In this document: positions 1 to 9,800 of the stretch, piece after piece | Numbering within the stretch: the first letter of the stretch is position 1 | Layout: each line of letters begins with the position of its first letter | NCBI GenBank assembly: GCA_025558095.1 | Contig: JAIVFI010000007.1 | Location: 372,001-436,000 of the forward strand | Direction of reading: 5' to 3' | Length of the DNA: 64,000 nucleotides | DNA from: Hyaloraphidium curvatum SAG 235-1 | Taxonomy: Eukaryota; Fungi; Monoblepharomycota | Made by a program: the position numbers and the translations under genes | The notes under the pieces: generated by a model | Told to the model about the DNA's origin: nothing | Seen by the model: only the letters and a program-made list of their open reading frames with translations | Databases searched by the model: none

Positions 1-207
1 CGGTCACGTCGATGTGATCGCATCTCAATGTTCTTCCCGGACCACAGGTGCAGAGGCACGGAAAGTCTGGCGAGACGAATCGCAGGCTCGGACCCGCGCT
101 CTCGAAAAGGATCCACACGGTTCTCATGGGCGAGGATCCCGAGGAGAGCTGCCGTTGATCTTCATCTGTGGCATTCTACACTGTGTCATGGATACCATGT
201 GTTTCCC

Positions 208-1578
208 TCAATCCCACTGCTGACTTCCTTGCTGAATGAGCTCGAGCAGGTCCTCGTCCGGGATGTCGTCCATGGCGTCCTCGGCTTCATCGTCGGATTC
301 GTGTTCCGTCGAGCGAAGAAGCGCCGACGGTAGCTTGAGGGACGAGCCGCGGCGCCCGCACTCAAAGTCAAAGCAGCGCCAGTTCAACAGCCCCGTGTGC
401 AAGTTGACAAAGCAGTACGTCCCGTTGCTCCTGTGCTCGCGACCAATGACGCCGCAGTACCGGTTCCCGTCAACCGCGTACGTGATCGTTGCAGATCCTG
501 GGAACCACACCACAGACTTTATGCGCCCCTTCCTCCCCGGTCTATCCGCGAGTTGCCGTGCCACCCATGCATCAATGTCGGGGAAGGGCGATCGCACACT
601 TTCGTACTCTGCCGAGGGCGAGTGGTCGCCGCGGTGAACAGCACGGCTTGTGTCTCTGATGGAGCGGTAATCCAGCAAACGCAGCGAATGGGAAAAGTCG
701 ACGTGCGATGCCAAGGAATCGAGAAAGAAGCTCGGCTCCTTCTCGTGTCTGACTGGAAACCGATTGTCCTTTGCCAAGGCAAAGAAAGTGGCCTTTCCGA
801 CCTTGGAGGACCCCACGAGCCTCAGATTGCGATTTCGACTGTAGACGCTCTGGTCCACAAACAACGCCTCTTTGCCCTTCTCATCCACCACCAGCGGCGA
901 GTACAATGACGCTTCGGCGGCAGGCATCGCGCGAGCTAGAGCTTCCAGGTCCGCGCACACGTCGCGGACCAATTGGCCAACAACGGCATTGTTCCTGAAC
1001 GCAGCGTTTGGCAGGTGAAAAATGAGATGCCTGGAGAACTTTGAAGGGGTCGAGGAGTCGAGAGAAAGAACAGAGTCCTCGCCCGCCACGATCCCAAAGA
1101 CGCTTCGGATCCGGGCCAGGGTGACGGAGACGAGGGATCGCACCATCGCGGGTCCGTCGCGCAAGAAATTGATGTCGAGCGAGAACTCGCAGTCAAAATA
1201 GAGCCGACACGGCGTTGCCTCGCGGATGATCTCGTAGAAGTGTCGCTGCCCATCGGGCATTGCGCGGTAGGCCAGCCAGAAGTCATCCTTGCGGCAGACC
1301 AGGTAACGCCGCTTTCCGGGGTTGCTTCGCTCCTCGAACGCCCAGACCGCGAGTCCCTGGATCCGACGCCCGTCGGCGTAGCGGAATGCGGGCTCCTGCC
1401 TCGAAAACACCTTCCAAATGAAAAGCCCGTCGTCCCGGGTAGCTCGGGCTCGGGCGTTGGCCGCACGCAGCCCGTTGAGTTTGGCTGTCCACCGCGAGGA
1501 GGGGGAAGTTGAACCGCCGTAGAATGAGGATGTAGGAACGGCAGGGACTTCGATGACCGCGTCGTCGTCGGGCTCCAT
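208..1578 (-). CDS. PRIMPOL: PrimPol (AEP primase-polymerase with UL52-type Zn finger)
   Basis: AEP motifs FYEII..CRLYFDCEF (DxE), KFSRHLIFH (SxH) and FVDQSVYSRNRNLRL; C-terminal YC..HRSN..CFDFEC zinc knuckle; single 456-aa ORF. Confidence 0.92.
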   Translation of the reverse strand: MEPDDDAVIEVPAVPTSSFYGGSTSPSSRWTAKLNGLRAANARARATRDDGLFIWKVFSRQEPAFRYADGRRIQGLAVWAFEERSNPGKRRYLVCRKDDFWLAYRAMPDGQRHFYEIIREATPCRLYFDCEFSLDINFLRDGPAMVRSLVSVTLARIRSVFGIVAGEDSVLSLDSSTPSKFSRHLIFHLPNAAFRNNAVVGQLVRDVCADLEALARAMPAAEASLYSPLVVDEKGKEALFVDQSVYSRNRNLRLVGSSKVGKATFFALAKDNRFPVRHEKEPSFFLDSLASHVDFSHSLRLLDYRSIRDTSRAVHRGDHSPSAEYESVRSPFPDIDAWVARQLADRPGRKGRIKSVVWFPGSATITYAVDGNRYCGVIGREHRSNGTYCFVNLHTGLLNWRCFDFECGRRGSSLKLPSALLRSTEHESDDEAEDAMDDIPDEDLLELIQQGSQQWD

Positions 1579-1685
1579 AATTCACATCGGGCCTCTTATG
1601 GGCTGCCGCGCCGTCCATTCGCGCCCGACGAAACTAGAATTCACGGCGGTTGATTGTGGACGCGACGCCGCCGGGAGTCGATCTT

Positions 1686-3821
1686 CTAAACATCAAACAG
1701 GAGTATCTTCTTCTGCGGCGACTCTCCTCTCGCCAAAACAGGGGCCTCAGGATCATTACCGTCTTTGTCTTTGTTTCGGAAGTCCTTCTCCGTTCGCGAG
1801 TCATCCCGCCCCCGAGATGAGCTAGCGGGATCATGGGACCGTGAATCGTCCCCTCCACCCTTTGCTTTGCTCTGTAGCCGGCGTCCTTGGGAGTCCATGC
1901 TTTCACGGGGATCATAGCCGATCTTACGGATCAGCTTCTCGCTGAAGGCCGCCGTCGGTGCGGAAGCAAAGTCTTCCTGTTTGACATCTGGTGATGTTGG
2001 AGGCGTCATACATACTGCGCACAAGCAACCTCGTCAACGTACCTTCGACACCGGCAATGCCACGGGCAAGACGGAGGTGCTTGGATCCCATAGACTTGTC
2101 GCCGGCCAGTCGCTTCGTCCTGGTAGGGATCAGATCGGCAACCGATGAAGAACCCGGAAACACAAACAGCTCCTCGTTGATGCGCTGGTTCTGCTCCTCG
2201 CTTAGGCGGGTTGGCCGCGCAACGGCCCCTTTCTTGGTGCCCAGAGTGATGGAGTGTCCGCCGCCGAACGTGTAGGTTGGCGTCGGATCGGCCTCAGGGT
2301 CGGCTTCCAGCTTGGGTTTGGTCCGGACGACCCCCATCCCTTGCTGCTTCAAGGCCATCATCTCCACCTGCTTTTTGGGGGGCCCCATTGTAACCTCGCC
2401 GGTCCTGGCAAACAGGTCAGGGAGCTGGCCAGCCGCCATAGTGAGAGGGACCAACCCGCTCGCAAACTCCTGCCTCCGATTCTTGGAGTTGCGGAAGTTG
2501 GTCTCGATGTGGTACATGCAGTATGCGCCTTCGCGTCTGCAGAACCAATGAGTTGCGTCGGAGATACGGGCACATCTCGCTGCTTACGCGTCGATCGGCA
2601 TCGTGCACGGTTTCCCGTCCTTTCGCAGGCTCTTGCAAATGACCAGGTCGCAGCTGGTACCGATCTTGAGGAACTTGTCGGCCACATCGATGTTGATCCC
2701 GAGCGGGTCCGTGCTCTGGAGCGGTTCGGGGCGTAAGCACACCAGACAGAACTTCGACCTGCACGCACCTCCTGAGGCCTCGCGATGTTCGGGTTCAGTA
2801 CCGCGATGATCGATCCCACGACCTCCTTGTAGTGGACCTCGAACGCCTCGTCGAAAAGGAAGAGGTTCACTTGCGTCCCTTTGAGATCGTTGAGGCGCAC
2901 GACGCAGTACTTCTTGTCGTTGCTCGCCGTCCGCGGGTGAGTCTTTTCCGCAATCACACCGATAGTCACCCAGTCGCCGTCAATGTCCCCGAACTCCATG
3001 TTGCGCGTGATGTCCCTGAGCGGCACAACCTTTCTCCCCTTCATATGGCCATCCATTTGCGACTCGGAGACCAGGCGTTTGCTGGAATGAGGACGTCAAC
3101 CATCAGGTTGTTTCGCACTGCGAGGAAAGAGAGCTGCCCACGTGATTCGCAAGTTCGAGAACTTTTCGATATCTGCGTTCTCGTCCGAGTCTCTCGGCTC
3201 CCAGGTAGGATGCTGAGGCCTTTCGACAGGGTCCAGCTTCCGTTTCGGCGCTCTGGTAGAGCTCTGCCGGCCATCGTTTGCAGGAGGTGGTCCGTTGGAG
3301 GGCGCAAAACTCGCGGGCCGCGTTTGAGCTGGCGGCATCACCGCGACGGGGTCCATCCTGCGTCCCTGAGGCGCTTTGCCTTTGGCAGCCATGTCGAATT
3401 CCGGAGGCAGCATTGACTGGAGCTGCTCCAACCGCTGCTTCTTCCCCGTCTCCTTTGCCCGTTCGGCCCCTTTCTCGAGTCCACGCTTCCGGTGGTCCGC
3501 CACGACAGGATCCGCCCGTGAATCCCGCCGAGCAGGTGCTTCCTGTACGGCTTCGGGCCCGTCCCCGAGATGCACCATCGAACCGGGCCTCGAGTGCTGG
3601 CGGGCTCTACGCGCAGAGTCCAGGCGCTCCTTCAGGTCCTCCAAATGGTTCCTCGCCGCCGCAACCTGGCTCTGCAAGAGCTGCAGCTGCTCCTGGAGCA
3701 TGTCATGTTTGATCTGGGCCTTTGTAATCTCGGTATTGAGCTCCTCCTCTGGGACATGGTCACCATGAGTCCACGCGTCACCCGGGCTGCGGACGCGACG
3801 CTGACCGGTCAAGTCGCCCAT
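1686..3821 (-). CDS. MCM10: MCM10 replication initiation factor (multi-exon; span approximate)
   Basis: N-terminal coiled coil, EKFSNLRI motif, OB fold (GDWVTIGVIAEK..KYCVVRLNDL..GSIIAVLNP), then CCCH Zn-finger pieces split by short introns. Confidence 0.85.
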
Positions 3822-3831
3822 TTCCGCTCTT

Positions 3832-3852
3832 GGAGCACAGTAGCGGCTCTGA
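3832..3852 (+). repeat. Left copy of an imperfect direct repeat flanking the Fanzor locus
   Basis: ggAgcacagtagcGgC-tctga versus 12530-12551 ggGgcacagtagcAgTttctga; 10-bp perfect core at 3835-3844. Confidence 0.45.
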
Positions 3853-6800
3853 CGCGGGATTCGGCCCCCAGAACCCCCGGGCAGCGTTGTGATTCGAGGG
3901 CAAAGGACTGCGCCCGCCGGACGAATTGCAGTGTCGTTTCACACACAGGTCCCGCTACTCGAGCTTGCCGGAGTCGCCGCGTGCGAATTTGCAACCGCTA
4001 GAGCACAGTCTCCATCGCAAAAGGCGCGTGGTGCCTCCTGCGTCGCGTCGGGGAACGGCACGGCCAAAACATGCTTCTGAGCGGGCCAGAAACCGCGGTT
4101 CGGCTCAAGCAGACCGGCAAGCTTGGCCCGGACGAGATTGCTGCTGTACTCGCAATTCACCGAACGACGTATTTCCGTTGGATCCGCCGATGTGGGGCTC
4201 AGACCGTTCCGGACCATCCCCGCAAGGCCTTCCGCAAGGTGTCCGAGGAAATGGTCCGGCACGTAGTTGACGAGGCCAAAGCTCGCGTCCGCGTGACGCA
4301 AAGGGAGCTCGCTGCTGACCTGGCGGAAAAGTTTGGCGTTTTGGTGTCGCAGCAGCATATCTCGCGGCTGCTGAAGGCCAACAGGGTCACGAGGAAGAAG
4401 CTCACCATTAAGAGCGCCGAAGCCCTGAAACAACCCGAGCGGCACCGCATGTTCCACGAGAGGGTCACTTCCTTTGATTTGGGGCGCCTAGGTGCCTTGG
4501 ACGAGTCCTCATTCCAACTCAACGATCCGGGGCGCTTCGGCTACTCGGAGAAGGGGACTCCCGCCGTCGTATACCTGCCAGGGAACCGGGGCCCCAAGGT
4601 GACCCTTTGCCTCGCCATCTCACCCACTCCGCGACCCGGTAATCACACTGGAAACGTGATCTCGTACCAGATCTACAGCGGCAACATGAACACCGAGAGG
4701 TTCTGTGCTTTTCTCAAGACTATTCGCGCCGGGGCTTGTGGGCCCGAGTCCCTGGGCGTTATCCTGGACAATGCGGGTTTCCACGGCTCTCCTCTGCGGG
4801 CAAGGAAGACCACGGACGGCACGGCAATAATAAAGAACCTCTCGGGCAAGTCGTTCCTTGCGGTCCAGGCCGTAGCAAAGGCCAACAATCTGAGCCTCAT
4901 CTACCTGCGACCGAGATCGCCGGAATTTAACCCGACCGAGTACGTGTTTGCCACGATCAAGAACCTCGTGAGGCGGGACTGCCCCAGGACGGTGCCGGAT
5001 CTCGTCCGGTCCATCGAGAGGGCCATTCAAATCGTCGGCCACGGCGATCTGATGGCGACGTTCCGGCACTGCTTGAAGCTAAGCGAGGCTGAGTTTGTGC
5101 GCATCGCGGAATCCGCGTCCGCCGGCAAATGTGTGGCGCGGAAGGTCACACTACAAGGTCAGATCTCTGCCTTTGCTTCTCCGGCTCCTCAGACGTGCCC
5201 TTCCGCGATGGAGGGCGCAGCAGCGACCCAGACCGAAGCAAACGCGGCCGAGCGGCTCGCTGAAGAGGTGGACTGCCATGACGGTTGCGCATCGGGCATG
5301 CAGACCGCGCTGACTCACGACAACGCCCACTCCGAGCAGGCTCGCAACCTCGGCGTCGCCCACATCAACCCGCACCAAAAGCACACTTTGCTGATCCTGA
5401 GGGAAGTTCTCCACGTCGATGGTTCGGCGAGGGAATTCTTTGGGCCGTGGAACGACTTCACGGACTCCGCTCAAAGGACCGCGGGCTTCGACGCTGCGGA
5501 CGTCCTCGGGGGCCTCTCCAACCTCGGTGAAGCTCCTTTTGAGTTCATCTGTCAGCGGGTGGCATCGGGTCGGGGGTACAAGCTGGAGCGCGAGCTTTTC
5601 GTCGCGCGCCTCCGGAACATCGTCGCCCGGCGGCGCCGGGTCGCCCCCAGTCTGATCGGACCAGACGCACCGGCACCCCCCTTTTTCCGCCCCGCGGACG
5701 ATGGCGCGGATCTGGGACCGCCGTCAGCCCCCGACGTCTCCATCTCCCAGCTGGATAACCTCGCCCGCTATGCCGACGTCCCACCGGAACTTAACGTCTC
5801 GTTCAAGAAAGCCAGCCGCGCCGCGTTGAAACAGCTGTTTCCGCTCTCAGCCCTTGCAAACGACACCGTGCTGGACGAGAGGTTCGCCATCCTCCTATCG
5901 GGCCTTGTACGAAACGGTCGTGGACCAGAATGGCTACGTGCGCTCGCTGTTTCTCTCTGGGGACAGCTCGGCCCGGCCGGGAGGGCACGCATGGACAGCT
6001 TCGAAACATCCGAGACAGCACGTCGTGCTCTGCATTATGTTCACCAGCCCATTTCGAAGGTCTGTCGGTTGGAGTACCTCGAACGCGCGGCTTCGACCGA
6101 GTCTCTGCCAAGGAACCTTAGGCAGATACTGGAGGAAGCGTGCCGCACGCTGAAGGACCAGCAGGGCCGCTCGCTTTTTGATGCGTCGCCCGGCCTGGAG
6201 TACTTCCTTGCTTCGCTCTCCCTCCCGCAGCGATGCAAGATAGTCATGGCGGCGCGTTTGCCGGATAGTGTGGCGAGTCGCAATGCGGAAGGGCGCAAGA
6301 GATTCTTCGATTGGGCGGTGTGGAACCCGATGGCGGCCAACGAGGAGGCCCTCGCCATCGAGAATCCGGGTTCCGTTCCCGTGCTGGTGTGCAATCTCCT
6401 GTCGAGCAGCCCCGCAATCCCAAACTGAATTTTGCCCCGGCAGCTGCTTTCGTTCCCGGGCCTTTTCCAGATGAGCCCGGGCGTACCTGGACTGGATGCA
6501 GAGGGCGATAAGCTGCTGGCAACCCTGTTCCTGAAGGCGGAGCAGCTCGGGTGGGAACACTCTTCCATGGTGACGCTGCGGCTGCTGGAGTCGGGGCCCA
6601 AGATGCGCGATTTTACCCTGGACTTGTGCGGTATGCCCGCGCTGGTGCGCGGTAGCAACCCCGAAGCACGGCAGGAGGCCGCGCGCACCGCGCTCGACGC
6701 CAAGCTCCACTTCCACGCGGAATCCGTTGGACTGCTGGACTTCGGCCGTATCCAGAAGCGGGATTGTCCGCTCTGTTCCTTCAGTGTGCAGGTGGAAGGC

Positions 6801-9800
6801 GAAGTCCCGGCGAAGGCTGGGCGGCGGCGCAAGGTCGCGGCGTCGGGGATGGTGGCTGACGGAGCTGCGCGGGAGCGTGTCTATGACGCCGAGCTTCGGC
6901 TCCTCCACCACGTCAAGGGTGCGCACCTCACCTGCAGAGCGTGCCCGGGGAAGGGACATCAGTTCGACCTCGAGAGTGAGTTCCGGCAGCATGTCGAGGA
7001 GAACCACCGTGGGGCGTGAGTTGCACCGCGCTTTCCATGCATGCCTGGGACCGATGCGAAGCTGACCGCCGCCGCGGACAGTTTGGTCGCCCCAAGGAAT
7101 CTCACCACGTCGTTCGGCCAGTTCATTGCCAACGCACACTACATTGTCCCGTTCGCGTCGACAAACCTCAAAGCCAACATTCCTACGGGCCTCGGCGGCT
7201 CGTCCTGCCCTTTCTGTTTCGCCGGTGGCGGGAGGCACCGGCAGGAGTGCTCTCCGAAGCGGCGGTGGGTCGCGCTCAACGGCTTCCTCGCACTTGGCGA
7301 CCCCCAGCACGAGCGATACAAGACGATGACGGAGCTGGCCGTCGAGTGGTTCCCGGCGGCCGAGGTGTGCCACCCATGGGCGCGGGGCCCGTACGAGCAA
7401 GTCGGGCCCCTCATCACCAAGGCCTGCACCCTCGCCGCCATCTTATTCAAGATCATCTGGACCAAGATCTTGTTGCAGATCCACAACAAAGAGCTCCCGG
7501 ACCAAGACGGATCCGTCACGCAGGACATGCTCGCCAGCTTTCCCCCGTCTTACGTCGCAAAGATTGCCATCCACGCCGTGCTTGGTGCCGGCCAGATGTC
7601 CGCCGCTGTTGGAACCCGCCGCGCGGGAAAGCAGAAGTCGGCCGGGCTCGGTGCTGGGGCGAGATACTCGGGCCATTCGGGTGCGCCAGGAGTGGAGCAG
7701 CTTGTGGACGGCGGTCCGGACCTCGGAGCCAACGACGACGATCGAGACGAGGTGCTCGAGGACGTTGACTTCGAGGACGATGACGACGCGATGGCCGAGG
7801 ACCAGGCCGGCGCCAAGATCTTGGCCGACTTCTTGCACGGCGAGCTGGATCAGATTGAGGACGAGGACTTGGTTACGGCTGAGGACACCCCCGATCTCTC
7901 GCAGGTTGCTGATCAGGGCGCACCGTCCGTTCTCACCGTCGCGGAGCACAACGCAGCGGCAAAGCTTGTCCGCAAGGCGGCCGTTGCTGCGTTTGCAGAG
8001 GCGCGGGAACTTGTGGGCGAGACGTACGACAAGCTCAGGCCGCTTTTCGTGCAGGGACCTTTGCTCCGCTATGCCGAGCAGGTCGCTTTCAACCGAGCTC
8101 GAAGCGTGCCGCAGCGGCTGCTGACTGCGCTCAAGGTTCTCATCCGTCGCTTCCTACGCGGGGAGGTGAACGCGGGCGTCGGCCGGAGGCGGATTGGCCC
8201 AATCCTCAGCTACGCTCTGGCAAAGCTCGGATATGGGGACGACGACTTCTCCAATTTCCCGTTCGAAAGCGCATTTGGCTGTGGTCTCGCCGAGGCCACG
8301 GAGCTCAGGGTCGGGCTGGGGAGGCTCCTCCGGCCGTTCAGAGGCTTGCAGCTGAACCGGATCGTTGACCTCCGGGATTCAAAACAGAAGCCGCCGGTGC
8401 CGGCAACCGTTTCGCAGCGGAGGGTTATCGCTCGGGTCCTGCAGGACAAGCAGGCGGGCAACCCCGTGGCGGCCGCGGTGCGAACCGTGAACCTGCCGAA
8501 GGGCAAGCCGCGCGGAAAGGTCGACGCGGAAACGGAGGCGGTGCGCAGCTACCTCCAGAACATTTGGGAGACGCTGCCGCGGGCCTCACCTGCGGAGAAG
8601 GCTGACTTGCGAAAGGTGGAGCTGCAGGAGCTGAGGGACTGGGTGGTTGCAAACCGTCTACAGCTTCGGAGCATCCCCTTCCGCTACCCGGCCGTGACCA
8701 CGGCAACGATTCGGTCGACAGAGCAGAAACCCAAGTTCTGGGTCCCCGAGCACGCCGAGGACATGAACGAGGCGGCGGCGGTGGCATTGGTGGGGCAGAA
8801 CCGGCCCCACTGGGAAAGCGAGAAGCTTTTGGTGGCGCGGATGAGCGAGTATGACCTCGACAAGTGTCGTTCATCCACGAACCCCGCGGACGAAGCCTTC
8901 GGCTTCCAGATGTGCTTCATCGCCCTGCACGAGCTCGAAAAGCAGGACGAGGCGCTGAAGAAGAGGGCCGCGTCCGCGGCTGCTGCACTGCCGGAACCTG
9001 GATCGGCGCGGAGGACGAGCACCGCCAGGGACCCCGATTCAACCCCAACTTTCCCAACCATTTCAACTGCTCCGGTCAAGGACAGGGAGGCTTCGAACAA
9101 GACCAGGAGGGCCCGCAACACGTGGCGGCCGCACCGCGTCGAGAAGCGGCATTACAGCAAGAATGGCTCCCCGAAGCGATGGCACGGGTTCGTCGTGAGC
9201 TTCCGTAAGCGCCGACCGCAGCCGGGGCCCGAGGGACTCGCCAAGAAGGAGACCATGGAGACGAAGCGGCGGGAGCGCAAGGCGGCCGCCGCCGCCGCGA
9301 TGGCGGGGCTTGGCGCCGCCCAGACCGGCAAGGAAAAGGCAGCCTCGTGGGCGCGGCGGAAGCTTCGGGCTGCGGTCGCCGAAATCAGCTTGTCCCCCGT
9401 GACCGTCTACATCTCGGCCTCGGATCTGCCCGAGTTTTTGTCCAAGCTGGGCGTGGAGGTCGCGCCTGGCATCGACACCTCGCGCGTTGACTCGGACTAC
9501 CTATTCGGCCACCTGCTCAACGGCGGCAACCAACTCGTCAACGAGGACCGGCTCTTCCGCCTCCGTCAGCAGGGCAAAGTCTCGGCCAGGGGCCATGCCG
9601 CCGCCACGCAGCCCATCTATCGTCGCACCGCGGACGTTCTGAGGTACTCCGGCGTCCGGGGCATCTATCATTGCGGCAGCACCCTGGGCATTCTTAACGA
9701 AGAAGTCTCCTTCGTGGAAAAGGTCTCGTTCCAGCAGTCGCAGCAGCAGGAGCGGCAAAACACGACACAGGACGTCGAGCCGCCAAAGCGCGCAGCGCAT

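Noticed and set aside
3822-4070. MCB-like CGCG elements in the MCM10/transposase promoter
   Set aside because: No perfect ACGCGT, and CGCG is too frequent at this GC content to be informative.
5145-5192. Possible extra in-frame 48-nt intron after the DDE domain
   Set aside because: It has a pyrimidine-rich CAG acceptor, but a weak donor and no clear branch site. It is not needed for frame continuity, so it was left out of the model.
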